A DNA stretch of 64,000 bases from Hydrolagus colliei (lineage: Eukaryota). Shown here one piece after another: positions 25,509 to 38,312 of the stretch. The translations under genes were made by a program, and so were the position numbers. Where the stretch lies: assembly GCA_035084275.1 (NCBI GenBank), contig CM068774.1:372001-436000 (forward strand). Direction: 5' to 3'. The number at the start of each line of letters is the position of its first letter. Positions within the stretch are counted from its first letter, which is position 1. The notes beneath the pieces are model-generated. The model was not told the origin of the DNA, made no database searches, and was given only the letters and a program-made list of their open reading frames with translations.

Positions 25509-27033
25509 AGAACATAAGAATTAGGAACAGGAGTAGGCCATTTGCCCCCCCCCCACCTTAATTCTTCTGTACTCTAGAGAATACAGCCCTAGTTTATTCA
25601 ACCTATCCTCATAGGTCAGTCCCCTCATCCCAGGAACTAACCTAGTGAATCTACGCTGCCCCCCCTCTAAGGCAAGTATGTCCTTTATTAAATAAGGAGA
25701 TCAAACTACACACAATACTCTAGGTGCGGTCTCACCAGATCCCTATACAGTTGCAGCAAGACTTCCCTACTCTTATACTCTAAACCTTTTGAAATGAACG
25801 CTAACATGCCGTTCGCCTTAGTTGCTTGCTGCACCTGCAAACTAACTTTTGGGGACTGGTGAACAAGGACACCCAAATCCCTTTGAATACTAACACTATC
25901 TAACTTCTCCCCCTCTAGAAAATAATCTATTGTTTTATTCTTGCTACCTAGGTGAATAATTTCACACTTGCTAACATTGAATTCCATCTGCCACCTACTT
26001 GCCCACTCCCCAAGCCTATCTATATCTTGTAATCTTTTTGCATCATCCTCAGAGCTCACTCTGCTGCCTAGTTTAGTGTCATCCACAAATTTAGACACGT
26101 TACATTCAATGTCCTCGTCTAGATTATTGATGTAAATAGTAAATAGCTGAGGCCCAGGCACTGATCCTTGTGGCACTTCACTAGTTACATCCTGACAATT
26201 CGAGAATGATCCGTTTATCGCTACTCTCTGCTTTCTACCCGATAGCCACTCTTCTATCCATGTTAATATGTTCCCATTAATCCCGTGGGCCTTAATCTTG
26301 AGTAACAGCCTTTTGTGTGGCACCTTGTCAAATGCCTTCCTAAAATCCAAATATCCCACATCTCCTGGTTCCCCCTTATCCAACCTGCTGGATACATCCT
26401 CAAAAAACTCTAAACGATTAGTCAAGCATGACTTCCCTTTTGTAAAGCCATGTTGACTCTGCCTAATCTTGTTATGGTCTTCAAGGTATCCCATAACTAC
26501 ATCTTTTATTAAGGACTCAAGAATTTTCCCTACAACTGACGTCAGACTAACTGTCTATAGTTTCTCATATTTTCTCTCCCACCCTTCTTAAATACTGGAG
26601 TTACATTTGCAATTTTCCAGTCAATGGGGACTTTTCCAGTATCCACAGAATTTTGGAAGATGATAGACATGCCATCCACTATCTCAGTAGCCACCTCCTT
26701 TAAAACTCCAGGATGCAGGCCATCCGGTCCAGGGGATTTATCGGTTTTAAGACCCGACAATTTACCTAGAACCATCTCTTTACTAATGTTAATCTCCCTA
26801 AGTTGTTCGCTAACATTGTCTTCTTGATTCCCCTCTATTTTTGGTATGTTTCCAGTTTCTTCTACGGTGAAGACTGTAGAAAAATACTTGTTTAATGACT
26901 CTGCCATGTCTTTGTCCCCTATTATAATTCCCCCGGTCTCTGCCTGTAATGGACCCACATTCACCCTCACTAGCCCTTTCCTCTTAATATATTTGTAAAA
27001 ACTCTTCAGTCTGTTTTTATTTTCTTTGCTAGA
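25509..27033 (-). mobile_element. CR1 LINE fragment in CADM intron 2
   Basis: ORFs 25706-26494 and 26542-27063 carry RT motifs; 3' tail aagaacataagaattaggaacaggagtaggcc. Near-identical to 4335-5815. Confidence 0.95.
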
Positions 27034-27319
27034 CTGAGAAGAGAGAGAGAGAGACAAACACACACAGACCTAGATAGGGGCGGGAGGGAGTGAGGGCGAG
27101 GGAGTGGGGGGGCGGGTTGGGGTGAGAGGGGGAGAATGTGGGGGAGAGGGAGACTGAAAGCGAGAAAGGGAGTGAAAGAGAGAGGGAGACAGAGAGAGAG
27201 ACAATTACATACAGACCTAGAGAAACCGAGAGAGATGTGTGAGTCTGTGTGTGTGTGGGGGGGGGGGGGAGAGGGAATGGGTGAGTGAGGAGCGGTGTAG
27301 TGACTGTGTATTTACAAAC

Positions 27320-27475
27320 CTTTTTTCTGATCGAAGAAGAGAGTTTGCTGGACTGGATTACTCCACTGGAGAGAGGAATTCTCGTTCTTTTCGACGGTAC
27401 ATCTCAGCCTCACACTCTCCGTCTCTCTTTTCACTATCTCATTCACAGCCCTGGGAGTCAAACCTTCCTCATCCG
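27320..27475 (-). CDS. CADM3: CADM3-like exon 2: V domain first half (DEEGLT...VRLRCTVEKNENSSLQWSNPVQQTLFFDQKK)
   Basis: gccag|CG ... AAAG|gtttgt, phase 1-1, 156 bp. SSLQWSNP-QQTL-F is a CADM signature. Confidence 0.9.
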
Positions 27476-27880
27476 CTGGCGAGAGAGAGACTGAGACACA
27501 GAGAGAGGGACTGAGAGACTGAGACACAGAGAGAGACTGAGACACAGAGAGAGAGACTGAGACACAGAGAGAGGGACTGAGAGACTGAGACACAGAGAGA
27601 GGGACTGAGAGACTGAGACACAGAGAGAGAGACTGAGACACAGAGAGAGAGACTGAGAGAGAGTCTGAGAAACAGAGACACACACACTAAGAGAGACACA
27701 CACACTCTAAGAGAGACTGAGAAAGACTGAGATACAGAGACATACACACTCTGAGAGAGACAAGAAAGAGAGAGAGAGTGGACTGAGATACATACACACA
27801 CTCTGAGAGAGCCTGAGACACAGAGAGAGACTGAGACACAGAGAGAGAGACTGAGAGACTGAGACACAGAGAGAGACTGA

Positions 27881-27963
27881 GACAGTACATCTCAGCCTCA
27901 CACTCTCCGTCTCTCTCATCACTGTCTCATTCATAGTCCTTGGAGTCATACCTTTCTCATCCG
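27881..27963 (-). pseudogene. Truncated duplicate of CADM exon 2 5' half (DEKGMTPRTMNETVMRETESVRLRCT)
   Basis: Intact acceptor gccag|; homology stops after LRCT. Confidence 0.85.
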
Positions 27964-28260
27964 CTGGCGAGAGAGAGACTGAGACACAGAGAGAGAGACT
28001 GAGAGATTGAGACACAGAGAGAGACTGAGAGAGAGTCTGAGAAACAGAGACACACACGCACACTGAGAGAGACACACATACTCAGAGAGACTGAGAAAGA
28101 CTAAGATAGAGACACACACACTCTGAGAGACTGAGACACACAGACTGAGACACATACACACTCTGAGAGAGGCTGAGAGAGAGAAAGAGTCTGAGACAGA
28201 GAAATGCTGAAAGACACACACACACACACTGAGAGAGAATGGGAGAGAGAGAGAGACTGA

Positions 28261-28340
28261 GACAGTACATCCGAGTCTCACACTCTCTGTCTCTCTCTCG
28301 CTATCTCATCCACAGTCCTGAGTTAAACCTTCCTCATCCG
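28261..28340 (-). pseudogene. Truncated, frameshifted duplicate of CADM exon 2 5' half
   Basis: Same acceptor and same end point (gacagtacat). Confidence 0.85.
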
Positions 28341-28671
28341 CTGGCGAGAGAGAGACTAAGACACACCCTCTGAGACTGAGAGAGAGACAGAGACACTCTG
28401 AGAGAGACATACGCACTCTGAGAGAGAGAGACTGAGAGAGAGACTGAGACACAGAGAGTGAGAGAGACTGAGGCACAGTGAGAGAGACCGAGACACAGAG
28501 TGAGAGAGAGACTGAGACACACAGAGACGCGCACTCCTGAGAGACTGAGACAGAGAGAAACTGAGACAAGAGAGACACAGAGACACACACACATGCACAC
28601 TGAGGGAGGCTGAGACATAGACACACACACGAGAGAGAGACTGAGACAGAGACAGAGAGAGACACACACAC

Positions 28672-30735
28672 ACAACAACAACAACTTTGGTTTATATCTC
28701 GCCCTCCACGCCGGGCGGCGTCTCAGAGCTTCACAATAGCGGCTCCCGGGCCCGAGCCGGGGGCAGGGGGAGAGAGGTGAGCAAAGGTCGAAGAGAAAGG
28801 TCTTCAGCTGTGACCTGAAGCTGGGAAGAGAGGGGGCGAGGGGCAGGGAGTGAGGGAGGGAGTTCCAGAGCCTCGGGGGGTAGTGACTGAAGGCCTGGCC
28901 ACAGAGGGTGGAGCGGAGGATTCGGGGGGACACGGAGGAGGCCAGACCCAGGGGAGCGAAGGCAGTGGGTGCTGGGTTGTGGGGAGAGGAGATCAGAGAG
29001 GGTGGGGGGGGGCAGAGGAGTGGAGGGATTTGAAGACAAGGGTGAGGATCTTGAAGTGGATCCTCTCTGGGACAGGAGCCAGTGAAGTCTGGCGAGGACT
29101 GGGGTGATGGGGGAGCGGAGTTTGGTGAGGGTGAGAACACGGGTGGCAGTGTTGAATGAGCTGGACTCTGTGGATTGTGGAGGAGGGGAGACCAGCGAGG
29201 AGGGGTTGCAATAGTCCAGCCGAGAGGTGACAGAGGCCTGGGCCAGGGTCTCAGTGGCTGTTGGGGTGAGGTATTGCCGGAGACGGGGGATCCGTCGAAG
29301 ATGGAAGAAGGCGGTGCTGGTGAGGGACCGGATGTGGGGGAGGAAGGTCAGTTGGGGGTTGAACCTGACACCAAGGTTGCGCACGGGTTCAGAGAGTTTC
29401 AGGGCCAGGCCGGGAAGGTGGAGGAGGTGAGAGTCGTGTGAATGGAGACGTTGACAAGAGCCAAGGAGTATGACCTCCGTCTTGTCAACATTCAGCTGCA
29501 AGAAATTTGTGCTCATCCAGCTCCTGATGTCTGACAGGCTGACAGAACATCGGGGGACTGGGGGTCACAAAGTGAAGAGGAGAAATAGAGTTGGGTGTCT
29601 CCGCGTACATCTGGAAGTGTGCCCCATGTCTGCGGATCACATCCCCAAGAGGGAGCGTGTAGATGAGGAAGAGAAGGGGGCCAAGGATAGATCCCTGGGG
29701 TTCCCCACAGGTAACCGGGTGAGATCGGGAGGAAAAGCTGTTTGTGGAGATGTGCTGCTGACGGTTTGTGAGGTAGGGACTCGAACCAGGCGAGTGCGGT
29801 CCCACTGAGGTGGATGACGGAGGACAGGGGGTGGAGGAGGATGATGTGGTCCAGGAGGATGAGGAGGCAGAGGGAGCCCTGGGCACAGATAGAGAGGACG
29901 TCGTTTGTGACTTTCACAAGCGCAGTCTCTGTACTGTGGGCAGGGCGGACACCGGACTAGGGAGGATCGAAGGGGGAGTGGGAGGAGAGGTGGGCCCGGA
30001 GTTGGTTGGCAACAACACGTTCCAGGGCTTTTGAAAGGAAGGGCAGGTTAGAGATAGGGGGGTAGTGGCTGGGATTTGAGGGATCAAGGGAAGGTTTTTT
30101 AAAGATGGGGGTGATATCAGCAGTTTTGAGGGGGGCAGGGACTGATCCCATGGAGAGGGATTGGTTGATGATGTCAGCCAGCAGTGGGCAGAGGAGGGGG
30201 AGCTGGGGGAGCAGTAGGTTGGTGGGGAGGGGGTCGAGGCAGCAGGTGGTTGGCTTCATGGAGGTGAGAGTGCGTGAGAGGGAGGAACGAGAGAATGGGG
30301 AGAAGGTCGAGGTGCGAGATGATGATGGGGAGGGTGAGGGGATGGGGTGGGGGTGGGTGACGAGAGGCAGGAGGATGAGGCTGCCGGGCAGATATTGTGA
30401 ATGTTGGAGGAGAAGAAGTCCATGACCTCCTCAAGTGCAGATTGAGGCCTGAGGGGGGGGGGGGGCGCACGGAGGAGGTGGTGGGTGATGGAGAAGGGGA
30501 CTCTGGGGTTGTTGGCAGGTGTGGAGATGCTCGAGCCACAGTTGGGGGTGAACCCTGAGGCCGGTTTTCTGCCACCTGTGCTCGAGCAGCTGGGTTTGGG
30601 ATTTGAGGGAGAGATCAGTGTTGTACCAGGGGCAGGGGCAGGGGCAGGGGGAGGGGGTGGAGATGGACCTGAATTTCAGGGACGAAGGAGTTGAAGGTGG
30701 AGGAGAGGCGATCGTGGAGCAGCTGGACAGGAAGA
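28672..30735 (-). mobile_element. L2 LINE, 5'-truncated and internally deleted, in CADM intron 1
   Basis: RT pieces ISNLPFLSKALERVV, PQGSILGPLLF, LQLNVDKTE, VRNLGV and SRLDYCN; (gtt)n tail at 28672-28685. Confidence 0.92.
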
Positions 30736-30873
30736 CCAGACGGGTAGGGGGTCAGAGACTGGGAGACAGAGAGAGCGAGAGACTGAGGGAGACTGAGACA
30801 GGGAGAGAGAAGACATAGAGACATACACACTCTGAGAGAGACTGAGAGAGAGAGAGAGAGAGAGAGAGACTGA

Positions 30874-30951
30874 GACAGTACATCTCAATCTCACACTCTG
30901 TCTCTCTCGCTATCTCATCCACAGTCCTGGGAGTTAAACCTTCCTCATCCA
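30874..30951 (-). pseudogene. Third truncated duplicate of CADM exon 2 5' half
   Basis: gccag|TGGATGAGGAAGG...; ends at the same LRCT point and is frameshifted. Confidence 0.85.
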
Positions 30952-31984
30952 CTGGCGAGAGAGAGACTGAGACACAGAGAGAGACTGAGACAGAGAGGAC
31001 TGAGACACAGAGAGAAAGAGACTGAGACATAGAGAGACTGAGATACAGAGAGAGACTGAGACACAGAGAGAGAGTAAAGAGAGAGAGACACACACACACT
31101 GAGAGAGGGACTGAGACACACACTCACACACACTGAGAGAGACTGAGAGAGATAGACTGANNNNNNNNNNNNNNNNNNNNNNNNNNNNNNNNNNNNNNNN
31201 NNNNNNNNNNNNNNNNNNNNNNNNNNNNNNNNNNNNNNNNNNNNNNNNNNNNNNNNNNNNNNNNNNNNNNNNNNNNNNNNNNNNNNNNNNNNNNNNNNNN
31301 NNNNNGAGAGAGACTGAGACAGAGAGACACACACACTCACAGAGGGAGAGACTGAGAGAGACGGAGACACACACACTCTGAGAGAGACTAAGAGAGAGAC
31401 TGAGACAGAGAGAGATACACACACACTCTAAGAGAGACTAAGAGAGAGAGACTGAGACAGAGAGAGAGAGAGAGACTGAGACAGAGAGAGACACACACTC
31501 TGAGATAGACTGAGAGAGAGAGACTGAGATAGAGAGAGAGACACACACAGAGACAGAGGTAGAGAAACTGAGAGAGAGAGACAGTGACTGGGAGAGAGAC
31601 AGAGAGACATACACAGAAATACACACAGAATAAGACAGACACACACATACACACACAGAGACCAAGACAGACACACACACAGAGAACAAGACAGACACAC
31701 ACACAGAGAACAAGACAGACACACACAGAGAACAAGACAGACACACACAGGACAAGACACACACACAGAGACCAAGACAGACACACACAGACACACATAG
31801 AGAACAAGACAGACACACACACAGACACAAACAGAGAACAAGATGGAGACAAACATACACACACAGAACAAGACAGAGAGGCACACACACACACACAGAG
31901 AAACACATACACACACACAGAACAAGACAAAGAAACAGACAGAAAGATGGATGGACACAGAGAGAGGGAGGGGGAGAGGGCTGG

Positions 31985-33015
31985 TGACAGTGAGGGAGGG
32001 GGAGAGAGGGAGGGAGGGGGAGAGGGGGAGGGAGGGGGGAGAGAGGGGGGGTCAGGGAGGGGGAGAGGGGGAGAGGGGGGGTCGGGGAGGGAGAGGGAGA
32101 GGGGTGGTCAGGGAGGGAGGGGGAGAGAGGGGGGGTCAGGGAGGGAGGGGGAGAGGGGGCTGTCAGGGAGGGAGGGGGAGAGGGGGGGTGTCAGGGAGGG
32201 AGGGGGAGAGGGGGGGGTCGGGGAGGGAGGGGGAGAGGGGGGGGGTCGGGGAGGGAGGGGGAGAGGGGGGGGGTCGGGGAGGGAGGGGGAGAGGGGGGGT
32301 CGGGGAGGGAGGGGGAGAGGGGGGGTCAGGGAGGGAGGGGGAGAGGGGGGTGTCAGGGAGGGAGGGGGAGAGGGGGGGGTGTCAGGGGGGGAGGGGGAGA
32401 GGGGGTGGTCAGGGAGGGAGGGGGAGGGGGGGGGGTCAGGGAGGGAGGGGGAGAGGGGGGGGGTCAGGGAGGGAGGGGGGAGAGGGGGGGGGTCGGGGAG
32501 GGAGGGGGAGAGGGGGGGGGTCGGGGAGGGAGGGGGAGAGGGGGGGGGTCGGGGAGGGAGGGGGAGAGGGGGGGGGTCGGGGAGGGAGGGGGAGAGGGGG
32601 GGGGGTCGGGGAGGGAGGGGGAGAGGGGGGGGGTCGGGGAGGGAGGGGGAGAGGGGGGGGGGTCGGGGAGGGAGGGGGAGAGGGGGGGGGTCAGGGAGGG
32701 AGGGGGAGAGGTCAGGGAGGGAGGGGGAGAGGGGGGGGGTGTCAGGGAGGGAGGGGGAGAGGGGGGGGTGTCAGGGAGGGAGGGGGAGAGGGGGGGGTGT
32801 CAGGGAGGGAGGGGGAGAGGGGGGGGTGTCAGGGAGGGAGGGGGAGAGGGGGGGGTGAGGGAGGGAGGGAGGGGGAGAGGGGGGGGTGAGGGAGGGAGGG
32901 GGAGAGGGGGGGGTCAGGGAGGGAGGGGGAGAGGGGGGGGTCAGGGAGGGAGGGGGAGAGAGGGGGGGTCAGGGAGGGAGGGAGGGGGAGAGAGGGGGGG
33001 TCAGGGAGGGAGGGA
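31985..33015. repeat. G-rich minisatellite (gggagggaggggggagagggggggtc)n
   Basis: Direct reading. Confidence 0.9.
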
Positions 33016-34062
33016 GGGAACAGAGGAGAGAAAACAAACAAAAAATTGAGAGAAGGGAGGGGGAGAGAGGGGGGGAGGGGGGTTGGGAGCGAGAGGGGGA
33101 GGGGGGGAAGAGAATGAAAGACAGAGAGACACAAACAGAAATCAGAGAGTGGTGTGGGGGGAGATGGAGGGCGAGAGAGGGTGTGGGGGAGGAGGGAGGA
33201 GAGAGGGAGGGGTGGAGTGAAACAAGAGAACGATAGAATTACAGACAATAACAACATGACAGGGAGAGACAGACACACACAGATAGAGAGACACACACAC
33301 AGACAGAGAGAGACACACACAGTCAGACAGACACACAGAGGGACCCACACACAGACACACATACACATTGTCAGAGATACACACAGAGAGACACACACAC
33401 ACTCACAGAGACAAACAGAGTGAGAGTAGGGGATAGATGGATAGAGAAACTGGGAGGGAGGGACAGAGAGAGGAGAGAGATAGAGATGGAGGAAGGAAAG
33501 AGAAATGGAGAGAGGAAAGGAGAGACAGAGATGGAGGAAGGAGAGAGAGATGGGGAGAGGAAAGGAGAGACAGAGATGGAGGAAGGAAAGAGAAATGGAG
33601 AGAGGAAAGGAGAGACAGAGATGGAGGAAGGAGAGAGATGGGGAGAGGAAAGGAGAGACAGAGATGGAGGAAAGAGAGGAATAGCGAGAGGGGAAGGAGA
33701 GAGAGGGAGGGAGAGACAGGGGGAGGAAGGATAGAGACAGAGATGGAGGAAAGAGGGGGGGGGGGGAGAAAAGGTGGGGGAGGGAGAAAAGGTGGGGGAG
33801 GGAGAAAAGGTGGGGGAGGAGAAAGAGGGGGATAGAGACAGAGATGGAGAGAGGAGGGGGGGGAGAGGAGGGTAGAAGAAAGATGGGGGGGGGGGAGACA
33901 GAGAGAGGGAAGGAGAGAGAGAGGGGGGGAGAGAGGGAGGGGGAAGGAGAGAGACAAAGAGGGGGAAGGAGAGAGAAAGAGAGACACACATAGAGAGACA
34001 GAGAGAGAGGGACACATAGGCAGAGAGAAAGAGAGAGGGAAGGAGAGACAGAGAGAGCTTAC

Positions 34063-34126
34063 CTGGGTTGAGTAATTGTGAGCTCACACTCAACAGACAC
34101 AAACTCACACCCACCAATCGCCACAT
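34063..34126 (-). CDS. CADM3: CADM3-like exon 1: signal peptide MWRLVGVSLCLLSVSSQLLNP
   Basis: ATG at 34126, hydrophobic core, CCAG|gtaagc phase-1 donor compatible with exon 2. Confidence 0.75.
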
Positions 34127-34299
34127 CGTGAGTGTGAGACACACAGACACAGAGAGAGAGACACAGAGAGAGACAGAGACAGAGAGAGACACACACAGAC
34201 AGCCAGGGAGAGAGGGAATGAGAAAACAGGCGGCGGAGAGAGAGAGGGAGGGAGGGAGAGAGAGGGAGGGGCTGCACACGCACTGCGTCAAGGCATCTC

Positions 34300-36508
34300 G
34301 ACAGATGGACAGAATGAGAGAGAGACTGAGATAGAGAGAGGCGGGGCGAGAGACTGAAATAGAGAGAGGAGGGGGGTGAGAGAAACTGAGATAGAGAGGG
34401 GGGGGGGGAGGGCGGGGCGAGAAACTGAGATAGGGGGGGCGGGGCGAGAGACTGAGATAGAGGGGGGGGGGAGAGAGTTTCTGAAATAGAGAGGGGGGGG
34501 GGGGGGTGAGAGAGACTGAGATGGAGAGGAGGGGGGGGGGGGGGGCGAGAGACTGAGATAGAGAGAGGGGAGTGGGGGTAGACTGAGATAGAGAGAGCGA
34601 GGGAGGGGGGAGTGAGAGAGACTGAGATAGAGTGTGCGGGGGGGGTAGAGATTGAGATAGTGAGAGGGGAGGGGGTGAGAGACTGAGATAGAGAGTGTGG
34701 GGGGGGGGGGTGAGAGAGACTGAGATAGAGGGGGTAGAGATTGAGATAGTGAGAGGGGAGGGGGTGAGAGACTGAGATAGAGAGGGGGGGGTGAGAGAGA
34801 CTGAGATAGAGAGAGTGGGGGGGGGGTGAGAGAGACTGAGATAGAGAGGGGGGGGGGGTGAGAGAGACTGAGATAGAGAGAGTGGGGGAAGGGGTGAGAG
34901 AGACTGAGATAGAGAGAGTGGGGGGAGGAGTGAGAGAGACTGAGATAGAGAGGGGGGGGGGGGGGGGTGAGAGAGACTGAGATAGAGAGAGTGAGTGTGA
35001 GAGAGACTGAGATACAGAGAGGGGGGGTAGAGATTGAGATAGTGAGAGGGGAGGGGGTGAGTGACTGAGATAGAAAGAGTGGGGGGGAGGAGTGAGAGAG
35101 ACTGAGATAGAGAGGGGTGGGGGGGGTGAGAGAGACTGAGATAGAGAGAGTGGGTGTGAGAGAGACTGAGATAGAGAGAGGGGGGTAGAGATTGAGATAG
35201 TGAGAGGGGAGGGGGTGAGAGACTGAGATAGAGAGGGGGGGGGTGAGAGACTGAGATAGAGGGGGGGGGGGGTGAGAGACTGAGATAGAGAGGGGGGGGG
35301 TGAGAGACTGAGATAGAGGGGGGGGGGGGTGAGAGACTGAGATAGAGAGGGGGGGGGGGATGAGAGACTGAGATAGAGAGGGGGGGGGGTGAGAGACTGA
35401 GATAGAAAGGGGGGGGGGTGAGAGACTGAGATAGAGAGAGGGGGGGTGAGAGAGACTGAGATAGAGAGGGGGGGGGGGGAGAGAGACTGAGATAGAGAGG
35501 GGGGGGAGAGAGACTGAGATAGAGAGGGGGGGGGGTGAGAGAGACTGAGATAGAGAGGGGGGGGGTGAGAGAGACTGAGATAGAGAGGGGGGGGGAGAGA
35601 GACTGAGATAGAGAGGTGGGGGGGGGTGAGAGACTGAGATAGAGAGGGGGGGGGGTGAGAGAGACTGAGATAGAGAGGGGGGGGGGGTGAGAGACTGAGA
35701 TCGAGAGGGGGCGGGCGGTGAGAGAGACTGAGATAGAGAGGGGGGGGGGGGGTGAGAGAGACTGAGATAGAGAGAGTGGGGGAAGGGGTGAGAGAGACTG
35801 AGATAGAGAGAGTGGGGGGAGGAGTGAGAGAGACTGAGATAGAGAGGGGGGGGGGGGGGGTGAGAGAGACTGAGATAGAGAGAGTGAGTGTGAGAGAGAC
35901 TGAGATAGAGAGAGGGGGGGTAGAGATTGAGATAGTGAGAGGGGAGGGGGTGAGTGACTGAGATAGAGAGAGTGGGGGGGAGGAGTGAGAGAGACTGAGA
36001 TAGAGAGGGGGGGGGGGTGAGAGAGACTGAGATAGAGAGAGTGGGTGTGAGAGAGACTGAGATAGAGAGAGGGGGGGTAGAGATTGAGATAGTGAGAGGG
36101 GAGGGGGGTGAGAGACTGAGATAGAGAGGGGGGGGGGGTGAGAGACTGAGATAGAGAGGGGGGGGGTGAGAGACTGAGATAGAGAGGGGGGGGGGGATGA
36201 GAGACTGAGATAGAGAGGGGGGGGGGGGGTGAGAGACTGAGATAGAGAGGGGGGGGGGTGAGAGACTGGGATAGAGAGAGGGGGGGGGTGAGAGAGACTG
36301 AGATAGAGAGGGGGGGGGGGGTGAGAGACTGAGATAGAGAGGGGGGGGGGTGAGAGACTGAGATAGAGAGGGGGGGTGAGAGAGACTGAGATAGAGAGGG
36401 GGGGGGGTGAGAGAGACTGAGATAGAGAGGGGGGGGGTGAGAGAGACTGAGATAGAGAGGGGGGGGGGAGAGAGACTGAGATAGAGAGGGGGGGGGGGGT
36501 GAGAGACA
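34300..36508. repeat. ~28-bp satellite (gagagactgagatagagaggggggggt)n upstream of the CADM leader exon
   Basis: Direct reading; ends at the N gap 36509-36708. Confidence 0.92.
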
Positions 36509-36838
36509 NNNNNNNNNNNNNNNNNNNNNNNNNNNNNNNNNNNNNNNNNNNNNNNNNNNNNNNNNNNNNNNNNNNNNNNNNNNNNNNNNNNNNNNNNNNN
36601 NNNNNNNNNNNNNNNNNNNNNNNNNNNNNNNNNNNNNNNNNNNNNNNNNNNNNNNNNNNNNNNNNNNNNNNNNNNNNNNNNNNNNNNNNNNNNNNNNNNN
36701 NNNNNNNNGGCGTGTGGAGCAAGGAAACTTGCCCAAGGTTTCGAGAGAGAGAGTGGGGGAGTGGGTGTGGGGGGTGGGGTGGGGAGGGAGAGAGAGATTG
36801 TGGGGGGAGAGTGTGGGGAGTGAGGAGACACAACTTAC

Positions 36839-37153
36839 CATACACAGTGAGATTGTAGAGGTTTTCAAGTATACTCCCATGTTTCGTGGTTGTGACCACC
36901 CTATACACCCCAGTGTCTGTGAGCTGCAGGTCACTGATCTGTACAGTCAGGTTCTCTGTGTGAACAGCCACACGGTTCCTCATCTCCTTAATCACAAAGT
37001 AGTCAACCTGTCCAGGCTCATATTCTGCTATTGTCTGGTCTGGGGTCTGGCGTCTCCACTGAACACGTCTGATCTCCCCCAGGGAGAGAGACTGAGGGTA
37101 TGGGAGCCACACACTGTCACCCAGTGTCCCATTAACAACAACAACAGCATCAC
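36839..37153 (-). CDS. CD2/SLAM-family receptor copy B, V-domain exon
   Basis: tgtag|GT ... TATG|gtaagt, 315 bp, phase 1-1. Cys-less V domain with NLTVQISDLQLTDTGVY. No C2 or TM exon is visible downstream. Confidence 0.85.
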
Positions 37154-37376
37154 CTACAGAGAGAGAGAGAGAGAGATTGAGAGACAAAGAGTGATTCAGA
37201 GAGATAGAGACTGAGAGAGAGACACACACAAACACAGTTAGACAGAGACAGACAAACACAGAGACACAGGTAGAGGGAGACACACAGATAGATAGAGACA
37301 CAAAAACAGACAGCAGTATTTGAGACAGTATTTTGCACAGAAATGAAGGTGACAACAGAGAGAAGCCGCAGGCAGA

Positions 37377-37620
37377 ACTACACTGTACAATATAGACTGT
37401 GAGAGACACACACAGTCACTACACTGTACAATATAGACTGAGAGACACACACAGTCACTACACTGTACAATATAGACTGTGAGAGACACACACAGTCACT
37501 ACACTGTACAATATAGACTGTGAGAGACACACACAGTCACTACACTGTACAATATAGACTGAGAGAGACACACACAGTCACTACACTGTACAATATAGAC
37601 TGAGAGAGACACACACAGTC
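37377..37620. repeat. 41-bp VNTR x6 in intron 1 of copy B
   Basis: actacactgtacaatatagactgtgagagacacacacagtc repeats. Confidence 0.92.
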
Positions 37621-38312
37621 ACTACACAGAGGCACAGAGAGAGGGAAGTGGGAGACATGAGTGAGACGTCAAAATAGAGAAAGGTCTGAACCCTCAATGG
37701 ACCCATTCCTCAAGTACTAATCACAATATGTCTCCCTCTCTCTGTGTTTCACTCTCTGTCTCTCAGTCTCTCAGTCAATGACTCTCAGTCTCACTCTCTG
37801 TGAATCTCTCTCTCAGTCTCTGTATCTGAGTCTCTCTAACTCTCTAAGCACCTTTCACCCCCAGTGAGACGTCTCAAAGTGCTTCCCAGGCCTCTCTGTA
37901 AACTGTAGTGACTGTGTGTTTAATACGAGACTTAGAGAGACAGAGAGACATAAACAGGCACACACAGATAGAGAGACACATACATAGAGCACACATACTC
38001 ACACAGATAAACAGACACACTCATAGACACTCACACTCTCTCACACTGTCTCTCACCCTGTCTCTCACTAGCTCACACTCCCTCACACACATTCTCGTGC
38101 TCACTGTCTCTCGCACACACTCATTTCATTTCTCTCTCGCACATGCACTCTCACATTCTCTCCATCTCTATTTCTCTGCCACACCCTCACTCTCTCTCTC
38201 AACTCTCCCCCGCACTCTCTCTCACTCACACTCTCTCTCACTCTCTCTCACTCACTCTCTCTCTCTCACTCACACACTCTCTCCCGCACTCCCCCTCTCT
38301 CTCTCTCCCTAC

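Noticed and set aside
31584-33049. RGG/Gly-rich protein ORFs (also 14675-15500)
   Set aside because: Translations of G-rich simple repeats in all frames; the 31584-33049 ORFs are intronic and antisense to CADM.
33180-33258. Alternative CADM signal peptide MLLLSVILSFSCF
   Set aside because: No phase-1 donor follows it. The exon at 34126-34063 has a canonical one.
33371-37409. Very long ORFs (847-1187 aa)
   Set aside because: Stop-free translations of (GA/G-tract) satellite running through an N gap. Only the embedded leader and V exons are meaningful.
37377-37620. CRISPR-like array (also 54726-55012 and 11113-11244)
   Set aside because: Head-to-tail repeats without unique spacers, no cas genes, eukaryotic context.
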